Shown in pieces: positions 11,823 through 25,030 of a DNA stretch of 64,000 bases; positions within the stretch are counted from its first letter, which is position 1, and each line of letters opens with the position of its first letter. This DNA is from Eledone cirrhosa. Lineage: Eukaryota. The stretch is taken from the NCBI GenBank assembly GCA_964016885.1, contig OZ024745.1, positions 78,802,001 through 78,866,000 of the forward strand, given 5' to 3'. The position numbers were made by a program, and so were the translations under genes. The notes beneath the pieces were generated by a model that saw nothing but the letters and a program-made list of their open reading frames with translations, did not search any database and had not been told where the DNA came from.

Positions 11823-13942
11823 ATCAGGTGGCGAGCATTCCACTTTGATAAATCTAATATAAATGAAAATGTCTCGGACTTAAACAAAGTTTTCAAATCT
11901 AAAAGAAATCCACCCCCTAACAAACTTTTATCTGACTTTGAAAACGATATAATTTCTATCATACAAGGGGTCAAATTCAAGAGAAACTTCAAAGGCCAGG
12001 AATATCTGAAAGGCATTAAGGATAATATTGAGAGCTTAGAGAAAACTGAGAAGATCTTGGTGGAATCTGACAAGACCAACAACCTCTATGGAGTGCAGAA
12101 AGACATGTATAATGGCCTCATACTGAAGGAACTGAGGAAAAAGTACAAGGTAGCAGATAAGGCCGAGCTTGAGAAAATGAATGTCGAAGCATCTTGTATA
12201 ATGCACGAGTTGGAAATTGAGAACAGAACACAACCTTTCGTGCCCAGGAAACCGAAGATCAATATGAAAGATCACAAGAGCAATTTTGAAAATGACTTGC
12301 CAGTTAGATTGATCGCACCATCAAAATCGGACCTGGGCAAATTAAGCAAAAACATTCTTGACAGGGTGATACAGCAAATTAAGAACTTGGATTGTTTACC
12401 TAACCTGAGCTTGTGGAAGGGAACTGGAGAGGTTGTTGAGTGGTTTAAGCAAATTAAATATAACAATAATAATAAGTTTATTCAACTTGATATTGCTAAC
12501 TATTATTCTTCTATTACCCCTAATCTACTAAATAAGGCACTAAATTACGCATTCAAACATACAGACCTAACTAGCAATGAAATGCATATTATATTATCGG
12601 CTAGGAAAACATTGATAGAATTTAATGACCAACTATGGACCAGAGCAGATAGAGATAGCAATTTTGACATTACTATGGGATCATCCGACTCAGCTCAGGT
12701 AACTGACCTTGTGGGCTTATTTTTAATCAATTCGCTACATAGGAAAATACCTGGTACTACCGGAGGTTTATATAGAGATGACATGCTTTTACTTATTGAT
12801 AATAATAACTCTGAACTAAATAGAAAATGTAAACAAATTACACAATTTTTTAATTACTTTAATCTTAAAATAGAAATTGAGAACAACCATAGAATAGTCA
12901 ATTTCCTAGATATAACATTAAATCTCAACACATGTCTTCACTATCCTTTTCACAAGTTGAATGAAAACTTAAACTATGTCAGCTTTAACTCTAACCACCC
13001 CAGATCTGTCAAAAACACTATAGTAAACTCTGTTCAAAAACGTATCTCTAGAATCTCATCCAATAGAAAGATTTTCGACGAAAAAGCCCAGTACTACAAT
13101 GAAGCGTTAGCTAGAGCAGGATATAGTGATAAGATTATGTACATAGATAATGATAGACAAACTAAACAAAATAACAACTATTTTAATTACGGCAACAACC
13201 TTAACAACTATAATAGAAAGCATTACAATAATTCCAAAAGCCAAAAAAGAAATAGAACTAGGAACATAATTTGGTTTGCCCCCCCCCCCCTTTCTCACTA
13301 AACATTAAAACCCACATCGCTAAACTATTTTTTAAAGCTCTTGATAATCGCTTCCCTAGAACACATAGGTATCACTCAATTTTCAATAGACATACTATAA
13401 AATTAACCTACTCATCCACCAAAAATTTAGCACAAAATATTAATAGAATAAATAATAGGAACTTAAAACCTAGTGATAATAGCATAAATAATATACAAGT
13501 TAACAAATGTAACTGTAGAGATAGATCTAAATGTCCGTTAAATAACAACTGCTTAGTTAAAAATAAAAATATAATATACAATTGTAATGTTAAAACTGAC
13601 TCTAATTCTTTTAACTACGTCGGTTCCACATCGACGGAATTTAAACTTCGCTATAATAACCACAAGAATTCTTTCACAGATCCAAGCAAAAAATCTTCAA
13701 CAGCACTATCAGGCGTACTCTGGCAACTTAAGCTAGATAACGTTAGATATTCGACGGCTTGGAATATAGTCTCAAGAGGGATTCCTTTTAATTCATCCTC
13801 TGAGACATGTGACCTCTGCGCAGAGGAGATATTCTTTATACTAAAATCTAAAAATTCCCTTAATCTACGGACAAATTTATTCAGTTGCTGCAAACATAGA
13901 TTAAACTCAACTTTTAAATATAAATTTAAATTTAAAATGTAA
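11823..13942 (+). CDS. PLE reverse transcriptase plus GIY-YIG endonuclease, one frameshift in the C12 run at 13279-13290; true start not seen
   Basis: Frame is open from IRWRAFHF (11823). Motifs: KDHK, QLDIANYYSSI, TMGSSDSA, GLYRDDML, NFLDITL, IIWFAPP, CNCRDRSKCPLNNNCL linker, IIYNCNV...YVGST...FKLRYNNHKNSF, CDLCAEE, CCKHR. Confidence 0.9.
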
Positions 13943-15247
13943 TATATTTAGTTTGATTTATAATTATTTGGGAAACTAGCCGATAAATCTTTCGATTTCT
14001 TCTTTTTATTCTTCTTTTTATTATTTTTATTTTTATTTAAACATTCTTCATGAAAAATTAAACTACCTTAAAAGTTGATGCTCCAAATATTTCGAATAAA
14101 CGTTACACTAGATAAACATCTATATTAAATATAAGAACACATGTAGACCAAATGGGCATCCTAAACTTTTTGAAATGATTTTTGCTAGGCGCGATTTGAT
14201 AAATAATTTTTAGCTTTATCTGTTTTCGACTCTGATGCTTATAATGAACTTGGCAATATATTGTCAATTAATTTTGAAGGGTTGATCTTTGTGGTTTGTT
14301 TTTTTATTTTTAGTATGTAATATTTTTAATATGTAATATTTTTTCGTAATATTTTTTAGTTTTCTATTTTATTATTATTTATTATTATTATTATTATTAT
14401 TATTTTTGGTTTTTGTTTCTGATATTTTTTATTAATATATTGAAATCTGTTCTCTATTTCTGCTTGATAGATAATCACGTAGAGTAAAGACAAGATTAGT
14501 AGTAATATAGACTCTATATATATATGTGTATATATATACACATATATGTATACTTAAATTTTTATAGCACAATGAGAATGTTCTCCGTGGAAAATTGGGG
14601 TTTGCAGAGTTGATCACGTAAATTCACATCGATGTTTGTAGTTATCATATAAACATATGAATTTTTAAAACTAAACATAAGATCATTACTTTTCACACAT
14701 TATGGATACGTGTCTCATTCAGGAATACTGATATTTACATTATAGTGCCTGGTTTTTATACATACTAATACTTCTACATTAAAACATAGGTTTTTTATGC
14801 CTCGCCTATGTCTGGTTACTTTTCATTTTTCTCTCTATATAACAGCTGGTTTCTCTCCTAACCACATATATCTCCCTTACATTAATACTAGAGCTAAATA
14901 AATAAATAAATAAATAAATGTATCATTGATACGTTTATTCAACGGATGTCCAACCACCTACTTTTCTCTATATATCTATCTCTATCTATCTCCTCTCTCT
15001 ATATATATCTCTCTCTGTTTCTTTACATGAAGCTCTTCTCTTTATCTATCTTTCCATCTCTCTATTTTGTTCCATGCATTTCTTCTTTTTCTTCTTTTTC
15101 TTCGTTTTCTTTCTTTCTTTTCTTTCTTTCCTTTTTTCTCTCTTTCTTTCTGTTTACAATTTTTTTCACTGCCAAATCAACTTTTCAAATACAAGTCGAT
15201 GTTGAACGGTATGTCAAATCTATTTATCTATAAAACTGTCTATATTG

Positions 15248-15313
15248 TATTTTGTCTGAGGAAGGCATAGCATATTGTTAATATGATATCCCTGAAATAT
15301 ATATAATGAAATA
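15248..15313 (+). ncRNA. Type I hammerhead ribozyme at the PLE 3' terminus
   Basis: TATTTTGT-CTGAGGA-AGG-(CATATT/AATATG hairpin)-CCT-GAAA-TATATA-TA-ATGAAATA. Core is canonical. Confidence 0.85.
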
Positions 15314-15353
15314 GATATGGTTTTATAGATATAGTTTCCATTTATTTAATATC

Positions 15354-15408
<55 letters not shown>

Positions 15409-15411
<3 letters not shown>

Positions 15412-18327
15412 CATGAGCCTTAATACATACAACAATTTTATACGCCGCGAATTACATAAAAAATACAAGAAAACCACAGAGTCTACACTCAACAGCATTA
15501 ACATAGAAGGTCTTAACATAGTAAAAAAAAATTAAAATATCCGATAGAACCGAACCTCTTACACCTTGTGAACTCACTTTTAATCTGAAGGATCATAAAT
15601 GTAACTTCGAAACCAACCCTACTATTAGATTGATGTGTCCTTCAAAATCAGATATAGGCAGAATTAGTAAGTTTATACTAGATAGAATATTACCACAAAT
15701 TAAGAAACAACTAACTATCAAGCTATGAGGTAACACAAGTGAAGCAATAGACTGGTTCAACTCATTAGACAATAAAGAATCGTCCGACTTTATACAATTT
15801 AACATAAATGACTACTACTCTTCTATCTCCCCAGTCACCCTTAATAAGGCATTATCCTTTGCTCAAAATCATTCGGATCTTTCAGCAAATGAAATTAAAA
15901 TAATACTAACCGCTAGACGAACTATCATTAAATTCGATAACAACTACTGGGAGAGAAAAAATAGATTGAATAACTTCGATATTACTATGGGATCGAATGA
16001 CTCAGCCCAGATCACAGACTTGGTTGGAATTTATATAGCATATTTCTTATATAAAGAATTTGGTAACTTACAAGGTGGAATCTATGGAGATGACACTCTA
16101 CTTTTAGCTAAAAACATAAATAGCCAAAACTTAGAAAGATTAAGGTAGCAGATTAGAAAATTCTTTAATAGCTTAGGCCTTAGCATTAATTTCGAGCCCA
16201 ACTCTAAAAAAGTCAACTTCTTGGACGTATCATTTAACCTTAACTCATGACTAATAGAACCCTTCCATAAAAATAATGAAAATTTAGCTTACATTGACTA
16301 TAACTCGAACCATCCTAGGTCCATAATTAACTCCATAGCGCTTGGTATATCCCTTAGAATCTCACGCCTATCCTCTAACCATGATATTTTTAATGAATAC
16401 GCTAGCTACTATAACTTAGCTTTACTTAAGGCAGGCCATAAAGAACAACTCAAATGCATACCTGATACAAAACATAACACCACACTTAATGTTAACGATA
16501 CTTCCCACAACCATAGAATCAACAAACCTAGATCTAAACGCATAAATAGGCACCATATACCTAATTTAAATAAACAAAATAATAATACTAATATCACTAG
16601 CGGACATAGAAAATACAGAAATAGAAACTACTTATGGTTTAATCCACTGTTTAACTCCTCTATTGAAACTAAGCTTCCTCTCACTTTCTTTAAATTAGTT
16701 GACAAACACTTCCCTAAGATACATAAATATCATAAAATCTTTAATAGAAAAACTATCAAACTATCATACTCCATTGCTAACAACATAGAATCGCACATTC
16801 ACAAAATTAACTACATAAGAATTCATAAGCAAAATAATCCCCATATAACTTCCATGTCACCAAATACAAAACACACATATATTACATCATCGCAACCAAA
16901 CACACGCCAAATGCATATTACATCATCGCAACCAAATACACGCCAAAGAATACCACCACAATACATCAACAAGCATAATTCGCAGCCCATACATAACAAT
17001 CTTCAAAATCATATAGTAGAACCGGCACATAGGAAAGCATTTCTATGCAATTGCCACCTACCTGACAATTGCCCTCTACTAAACAGATGCCTGAGAAAAA
17101 CGTAGTATACTTGTGCACTATCAACTCAGGTAGCTTAGCATGGTATTACATTGGTTCCACAGCTGATGTTTTCAAAAACGGTGGTACGTGCACAGACATT
17201 CTATGATTAATAAGAACCAATCAAATATAACAACTCTTGCCAATAAAATTTGGCAACTCAAAAATGCAGGCACTAAATACGAGATCAGCTGGAAAATACT
17301 GTCAACTGCTAAAGCCTATCAAACTGGTAGTCCCATTGTAGGCTCTGTAATATGGAGCTCTTCCAAATTCTTAATTTTAGTAAAACCCTTCTTAACAGTA
17401 GAATTGAGCGAACTATCTTCTGCCGGCATAAATCAGCAACGAAGTTCCTGAACTTTAGACCCACTTAACTCCATTTTCTTCTCCTTATTCCTTTTTATAC
17501 TTTTAGCACTTATTACGATATCAAATTATCACAAACTTCATAATTACGTAAGAATAACCTAAAAACATTTGTATTAACATAATTATTTTTATTTTTATTT
17601 GTATTTGCATCATTTATTATCTTATATATATATACACCATTTATCTTTATATTTCTCCGCTTAAACATATTTCATCTCGTTCATTTTATCTTATAATAAT
17701 ATAATACACCTCAAACTAGCTATTTTACATAGTAATCTATATTCATCTGTATATTTATTTTCTTGTCTCTCTTCTTCATATCCGTATGTTTATTTTTTTC
17801 TCTCTCTTCCTCATATCCCCATATTCATGATTAATTTCTACTCCCTCATCCCTCTTAATCTTCCTCTATTTCTTTCTCATCTTCCTTACTTATCCTTCCT
17901 CTTTGCCTATGCTATATCGCCCACCCCCTTCTCTCTTTCTCTATATATATCTTTATTATTATTAATGTTATATTTATTTTAATATGATTGGTTGATTTCG
18001 TAATTTTGCCGGTTATGCATTTAACTATATCTTCCTTCTTTATTTCTTTCTCTCTCATTTCCATCTATCTCCCTTCCTTTATTTATTTATTTATCATTAA
18101 TAATATTATTTATATAGTAATTTAAATCTTTGAATCTCTAAATTTACCGTTACGCATATATTTTCTATTTCTTAATGTTCTCTGATGAAATGGTCGAACT
18201 TAAATGTATTGTCAATTGAGTTGTACTTATCCATTATCTAGCAATTTATAGACAATTCTATCATGGAAACAATTGTAAGACTGTAAATAAATTCCCTTGT
18301 TTGTACTATCAACCATGTTATTCTTAA

Positions 18328-18331
<4 letters not shown>
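15409..18331 (+). mobile_element. Degenerate Penelope-like element (RT plus GIY-YIG pseudogene and 3' UTR with HHR)
   Basis: LKDHK, FDITMGSNDSAQITDLVG, GIYGDDTL, NFLDV, LWFNPLFNS, CNCHLPDNCPL and YIGST, with several stops and frameshifts. Bounded by (TA)n at 15355-15408 and 18332-18366. Confidence 0.9.
18179..18290 (+). ncRNA. Hammerhead ribozyme with ~85-nt stem II domain
   Basis: TCT-CTGATGA-aATGGT...ATCATg-GAAA-CAATTG-TA-AGA. Confidence 0.7.
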
Positions 18332-18369
<38 letters not shown>

Positions 18370-18418
18370 GAAAGAAGATTGACATGGTTTGCAATACAAA
18401 AAAGGTTTTTAATCTCAT

Positions 18419-18526
18419 TGCTGACAATTGTTTCTCTGAACTGGTAGGTCTAGAGATCGCTATTCGCTTGTTTTCACGTTACTCGATCGCCAATACAAAA
18501 TTATAACCAGTCAGTTCTTCGGAGCA
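18419..18526 (-). ncRNA. Hammerhead ribozyme, CCGAAGA core variant, long stem II
   Basis: Reverse complement of 20921-21028. Confidence 0.7.
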
Positions 18527-18970
18527 TGCGAGAATGAAGAGAATATACAGGCATGAAAGGAATATACAGGCTACTATATGAAGTAGTAATGGCATTCAGT
18601 TAGAACAATAACAACAATTACAACAATGCTAGTAATAAATTATTTGAGGAGGCCCTGACATTACATTAGGTGGGGGGTATCGTGTATCTAAGATTTCGGC
18701 GTGTAAAACTAGCTGACATGAAGCAGAAGTATAAGTTTGGCATGTCGTAGGGTGTATTGTATCAATTTTAAAGATAAGCCGGTGGTTATCACCAATATAG
18801 GTCAGGTGGCCGTAATGTTCAGTATTTATCTGACCGACGAAGTATTTATCATTGAGTAGAATTTGTGTGGTCTACATTAGATGAGAGTACAGTCTTTCTT
18901 TTCATCTTCAATAACATACATGAATGGGACAACACTGTCAAAGCTAAATAGTGGGCGAGTTAAGGAGGTA

Positions 18971-19087
<117 letters not shown>

Positions 19088-19438
19088 TACACACACACAT
19101 ATATATACACACGCATGTGTACATAGACACATACATACACATCAATATACACTCGTACAAAAATATACATACATGCAAAGAGATAAGCGTGCTGATTGTA
19201 ATTATGGCAAAAGGAAGGTAAAGTTACATTGTAGTAGTGATTTGAGAAATTCTTGGATTTAGGATCAAGTGATGGCAGCAGCTGAGAAGGAATAAGTTTA
19301 TGGGTTGATGAGGTACTTACAGACATTTGTGTGGTAAAGACCTGTGAAGGCTAGAGTGTACTTAATGAGTATATTTCTGTGGTGATTTATGCAGGGTAGT
19401 GGGTATCCTAGTTTAAAGCTATGTTGTGTTGGTTCGAT

Positions 19439-20710
19439 TCACGGAGGTTTGAATCTTATGAATTTAGTGGCAATTCTATGTCTGCAGAAGATAGATCTTT
19501 TTAACTTATTGTTAAGTAGCCTTTTTACATTTTTGAGGATATACATTAGTTCTAGATCACATAGGCCGCAGTGGGACATACCTGTACTATAGGTTTTAGC
19601 AGCCGACAACTTCGACCAGTTAATGCTGTAGTTAGTGCTGCTGTCCTTCAGTTCCCATATTTTTTTGGCGAGGGTTGTGGAACCCATAAGTGCACGGTTT
19701 TTCATTGAGTGTCTGTGCACATACCATCTTTTTTTAAAAGAACCCACGGTGGATCCTATGTAATTCCAGGTGGAGTTATCCGAGTTGACCGTGCACATGT
19801 ATACTAGGCTCGAATCGAGACATCTGTTCGCCAATGGGCACCTATCTGGTAGGTGACAGTTACAGTTTGAGGCGCTATTTTGTGCAGCTTCTACACTCCT
19901 GTTTAGTACTCTGTTATAAGTGGGTTGTGATATATGCCCATTGGGGTTTTGCTGTTGCGCGTTTGTATGCGCTTGCGGTTGTGATGTTGTGATGTGTTTA
20001 TGCTTATAATTTGGTGCTACGTTATGCATAGGTGCGGTTGATTTACCAGAGATATTTCTGTGGTTGATCCAGCGTATGTGTGATTCTATATTTGCTGCTG
20101 TCGAGTATGAGAGTTTTATAGTAAATCTATTGAGTATTTTGTAATATCTATGTGAGATAGGGAAGTGTTTATCTATAAGTTTAAAGAATGTCGAGGGCAG
20201 TCTAGTTTTTATAGAGGAGTTGAAGATTGGGTTGAACCATAGGTATTTTCTTTGTCTGTTTCTTCTATTGTTTCCTGGGTTTACGTTATTAGTGTTTTGA
20301 CCGTTTACTCCAGGTGCTATGTGCCTAACCCTATGTCTAGTCCAGCTATTTCTATTATTGTGTGAGCGGTTGGTGTAGTAGTTACTAGGATTGTTTACGT
20401 TGTCTTTATTCACTATATACTGCAGTTTATCTTTATGACCGGCCCTACGTAATGCTGCATTATAATAGTCAGCATGTTCGTTAAAGATTTCTAGGTTAGA
20501 GGATAAGCGGGATATTCGGAGGGATATACTACGTGCTATGGATCTAATTATGGATTTGGGGTGGTTTGAGTTGTAACTAATGTAGGCAAGATTTTCATTA
20601 TTTTTGTGGAAAGGTTCTATTAATCCCGTATTTAGATTTAGAGTCACATCTAGAAAGTTTATCTTCTTATGGTTCAGTTCGTAGGTAATACTTAGGCCTA
20701 GTTTTGCCAA
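19439..20710 (-). pseudogene. Open but 5'-truncated PLE ORF (RT thumb, Cys linker, GIY-YIG)
   Basis: INFLDVTL, SNHP, YLWFNPIF, CNCHLPDRCPLANRCL, LVYMCTV...YIGST...FKKRWYVHRHS, CGLCDLE, CRHR. The catalytic DD motif is missing. Confidence 0.88.
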
Positions 20711-20920
20711 ACTTATACTTCTGCTTCATGTCAGCTAGTTTTACACGCCTAAATCTTAGATACACGATACCCCCCACCTAATGTAATGTCAGGGTCTCCT
20801 CAAATAATTTATTACTAGCATTGTTGTAATTGTTGTTATTGTTCTAACTGAATGCCATTACTACTTCATATAGTAGCCTGTATATTCCTTTCATGCCTGT
20901 ATATTCTCTTCATTCTCGCA

Positions 20921-21028
20921 TGCTCCGAAGAACTGACTGGTTATAATTTTGTATTGGCGATCGAGTAACGTGAAAACAAGCGAATAGCGGTCTCTAGACC
21001 TACCAGTTCAGAGAAACAATTGTCAGCA
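20921..21028 (+). ncRNA. Hammerhead ribozyme, CCGAAGA core variant, long stem II
   Basis: TGCT-CCGAAGA-aCTGACTGGT...ACCAGtTCAGa-GAAA-CAATTG-TC-AGCA (GUC triplet). Confidence 0.75.
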
Positions 21029-21253
21029 ATGAGATTAAAAACCTTTTTTGTATTGTATACCATGTCAATCTTCTTTCCTGATTTATTATTACTCCAAGTG
21101 CTTACAACATAGGAATTACAGCATACTCGCAACATCACTATGAATACGCCTTGTTGAGTCAAACCAAGCCTAGCGTTGATATCATCCACTACCCGGAATA
21201 CCATAACTGGACTACACCTAAGGGGACTGGATATAACTATTATTTGTTACCCC

Positions 21254-21318
<65 letters not shown>

Positions 21319-21370
21319 GAGAGACGTAAAATAAGAAAATTATAAAATTAACTTACTTACTAAAATTTCA

Positions 21371-21449
21371 CTCCAACTAATTAGTTTCTGAAAGGGAATA
21401 AACATCGTTTCCGAAGAAACGTACGGAGAAGCCTTTCGTCATCAGGGAA
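21371..21449 (-). ncRNA. Hammerhead ribozyme in a short non-coding insertion (~21314-21670) next to (TA)n
   Basis: Minus strand reads TTCC-CTGATGA-cGAAAGG...CCTTTCa-GAAA-CTAATTAG-TT-GGAG. Confidence 0.75.
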
Positions 21450-21775
21450 GTCTATTCTCAGCTAAGTTTCCAGGCAATACGTGGACAATATACAAATGGA
21501 AGTACAGCATAATCGAAGCTCTGGCTGCAACTAAGCTAACGAATGCAATCGGAATGTGCAGCACTCAATAAGGTATTTTACCTTAGAGTAATAACATTAC
21601 GTTTAGACACCTTTGCAAATTGAAGATTGCGACCGGTAAGCCAGCCGCGGGGACCAAAGCAACGAGAAAAAAATATATATATATAGTCTACGCGAAATCC
21701 AGGTTTTCATAAACCATTGCTAATACATACATACATACATACATACATACATACATACATACATACATACATACA

Positions 21776-21804
<29 letters not shown>

Positions 21805-21806
<2 letters not shown>

Positions 21807-22247
21807 TAAAGCAAAAATTAAAGCACAACCGGCCTGATATTGTAGTTTGGGACCACACATTGAAAACGTGTTCTGTTGTGGAGATCAGCTGCCCACTTGA
21901 TGTAAACGTTGTCAGAAAAATACAGGAGAAGGAGGACATCTACGGACCATTGATGGGGAGTTTACAAATCCAGTATCCAAGATACACCTTTAGCTTCATA
22001 CCCATCATTATTGGAGCTACGGGTTATATACCAACCCGTTTGGACCAAAGTATGACTGAACTTGGATTTGCGGACAAAGAGCGCAGCTCCCTAATGCATA
22101 GTCTACAAATGGCTGCGAAAGCTGGCACCTTCAAAATTTGCAAAACATTCTTGCAATTCAAGGGATGACAATTTCTTTTCTTTTACAACCTTGTCACCAG
22201 GAAGGTGGCCGGTCAAAAATATACTCGAAATTAAGAGAAAGAGAGAA
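21805..22247 (+). mobile_element. 3' end of an R4/Dong-like retrotransposon (restriction-like endonuclease) inserted in (CATA)n
   Basis: KLKHNRPDIVVWD...VVEISCPLD...EKEDIYGPL...IPIIIGATG gives a PD-(D/E)-type RLE. Stop at 22168, short UTR, (CATA)n at 21723-21804 and 22248-22260. Confidence 0.8.
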
Positions 22248-22262
22248 CATACATACATACAA

Positions 22263-22806
22263 AGAGAAAGAAAAATATAACGGAAGTATATAAATCAAAT
22301 TAAGGTGGTTTAAAATCAGTCAAATTTGTAGAGTATTTTCACTTAGCAAGCAGTTGGGTCCTGAGATGGAGGCTTCCTCTAAAAATTTCGCTCTTTGAGT
22401 TCTAGTAAATATTGTTCGAAAATGACAAACCTTGTAATATCCTAAATTTCTCAGGTAAATATAGATGACATTTGTTGGTACCGTTAGTGTAAGGCCTAGA
22501 TATGTCAACTACCTTCCAAGATATCTTATGTGGGACTCCTTTCTCTTGCCAGACATTTTTCGCCAGGACTGTACTGGTTCTTATATCAGGATTCCTAAAG
22601 GATTGGAGATGCCGGGGAAAACGTTGCTTAAAACGATCTTACCGACGTATCTTTCGCGAACTTCAGAATTTTGTGTGTTGTTGTGTGTAATATCTGCCTC
22701 ATGCACAACGGATTTGATATTACAAGTGTAAATATTCAATAAATTCGACTGACTTTCAACCACCTTAATTTGATTTATATACTTCCGTTATATCTTTTCT
22801 TTTTCT
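22263..22806. repeat. Imperfect ~80-bp inverted repeat pair
   Basis: ATATAACGGAAGTATATAAATCAAATTAAGGTGGTT (~22275-22310) versus its reverse complement at ~22758-22793, with diverged extensions. Confidence 0.7.
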
Positions 22807-23359
22807 TTCCACACTTACATAATACAGTACACCTTCTATACCGCTATACTCGATACATTAATAAATATTACCATCTCTATATTACAATCTACTACATAAC
22901 ACAATATTTCGGCTATACTATACGAACACAAACACGTGGTTGATCTCATAATTCATATTTAGCTCTCGGAGTTATTTCCATTGTTTTATGATGATTTCTT
23001 TCGTAAACATACATTCTTAACAAAACTTAGTTTTAACACTATCTTATAAACTCGAATTAACACCTGAAGATATTTCTTGTTTTCTGGAGGTATGGTCGAA
23101 TTTGGGACTTGAAACCTTGGGTAGCACCTTTGTTCCATGTATGAATATAAATAAATAATATAATATTTCTGCTCTCTTCTTGATTGAGCACTGTTTTCCT
23201 TTTTCCTTTTCATTTCTACGGATATTGCTACCTCCACACATTGCTCCTACGTGGGTTTTTGCACAGACCTTCGGATATTTTCGACTGATTCGAATATTTT
23301 CACCCATTTTGTTGAGTACTCTTTGGACTTTCGATTCTTTTATCGTTACTACATATGGA

Positions 23360-25030
23360 TCTATATGACACCTACTAACACCTCTTACACCAAAATGCTT
23401 CTCGATAAAATAGAAAATACTGTTCATAGATTGAGGTGGAAGGCTCTTCTGTTCGACGGTGAAATAGCAACCACTGCTACAGAAAGGTTTAGTATTAATT
23501 CTGTTAAGTACCCCCACCCCACCCCCGAGTTAAGGACAGCCTGTTCGAAGCTGACCTGTTAGATATAATCGCAACCATAAAGTTTCGTAATTACCTTAAT
23601 TCCTTCCAGGATACACTTGTAAAAGACATTAATAAATTCAAATCCACTAAGAATGTTTTTTGTATTTTCGGATAAAACGAAAAGAATTCTATCAACTGGA
23701 TAAGGAAAAATATAACAACCTTATGATTAATAGCATAACCAATAAATACAGAAAGGCCAAACCTAACACCTATAATAAGAATAATTGTTTCTACTTTTGG
23801 CACAAGGCCATCAATTACCCAGTACATTACTGATACTTTATTTTATCGACCCCATAATGATGAAAGGCAAAATTAACCTCGGTGGGATTTGAACTCAGGC
23901 CGCAAAGGGACGTAACTATGCTGGAAAGCATGGCGTCCGACCCTCTACTGATACTGCCAATCCACCACCCTATAATAAGAATAATGCCGGGTCTAAAGAT
24001 ATTTCCACAAATTTGAAAATAGACAATATAGTTGAACGCTTAGCCGAACATGATGCTTTCATTACCCTGAAGGATCACAAACCTGAATTTACTAACAGGC
24101 CTACTTGTAGATTAATAAATCTTGCAAGGACTTGGTAGTAAATAAAATTTAAGAGACATCGACGCCTGTATTATTAAAAACACCAATCTCTCACTGTGGA
24201 ATAATACATCTGTCATATCCTAGTTCACAGAAATCCCCTTTAAGAACAGGACCAAATTCACACAGTTTGATATTATAAATTTTTATCCTTCTATTTCTAG
24301 GACCCTTCTTAATAACGCTTTAGACTTTGCTCGTTCATTAATATATATCTGCGACCGTTGAACCCTCCTATTCAGTTCTACGTGGGTAAAAAAATCTGAC
24401 CCTGGTGATTCTTTTCATGTCTCCATAGAGTCGTACGACATTGCTGATATTTGTAATCTTATCGGATTATACATCCTTCATACGCTAAAGTATAAGTTCC
24501 CCAACCACTCCTTTGGTCTATACCGTGACGACGGACTTTCGTTTTTACAAGATTGTAACGGACACACTCTGGACAGTTTCCGTAAAAATTTAATTGACAC
24601 ATTTAGTGCACTAGGAGTTAAAATTACAGTTGATGTAAATCTTACCAATGCAAACCAAGGAGATTTTCGATAAGGTTGCGCTTTACTACAACCAAAGCCT
24701 CTTAGATAGTGGTTTTAAGGACAAAATGATGTATACACCCAATCATTCCCAACCCAACCATACTAAAAAATAATAATAGAAAAAGAAAAATTATCTGGTT
24801 CGCACCCCGCTTTTCCCTTTAAGTAAAGACGGATGTAGGTAAAAACTGTTTACATTTGTTAGATAGAATTTCCTACTACTACATAGATATAGTATTAAAT
24901 TGTATTCAATTGAAACACCGTCAAGATATCCTATTAATGTGGATTAAAAATTACTAGAAAAAATATACCTGACGATAATCCAAGCTGCTCTTGTAGGATT
25001 AAAGAAAACTGCCTTCTCCAACATTCGCTG
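23360..25030 (+). pseudogene. Old, heavily decayed Penelope-like RT, split by a SINE
   Basis: KIENTVHRLRWKALLF, AFITLKDHKPEF...CRLIN, QFDIINFYPSIS, GLYRDDGL, RKIIWFAP and CSCRIKENC, across stops and frameshifts. Confidence 0.85.
23786..23970 (-). mobile_element. tRNA-derived SINE with 15-bp target site duplication
   Basis: TSD TATAATAAGAATAAT at 23771-23785 and 23971-23985. A-box-like TGGCAGTATCAG and B-box GAGTTCAAATCC on the minus strand. Same family as 59463 and 61391. Confidence 0.9.

Larger units (their letters stand above)
11823..15354 (+). mobile_element. Near-complete Penelope-like element (Hydra-clade-like, C-terminal GIY-YIG)
   Basis: RT-EN ORF followed by a ~1.4-kb 3' UTR that ends in an HHR and then (TA)n. 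Confidence 0.9.

Noticed and set aside
12057-13301. Telomerase, retron or group II intron RT
   Set aside because: The linked C-terminal GIY-YIG, 3' HHR and multiple decayed paralogues identify it as a Penelope-like element.
15409-17470. Selenocysteine recoding of in-frame stops, as in Naiad PLEs
   Set aside because: The stops are mixed TGA/TAG/TAA with frameshifts, the TGA examined (~15727) replaces a Trp (LWG), and the endonuclease is C-terminal; this is ordinary decay.
23064-23128. Possible hammerhead CTGAAGA...GAAACCTTGGGTA upstream of the decayed PLE
   Set aside because: Core words are present but stems I and II do not pair convincingly; at best a relic.
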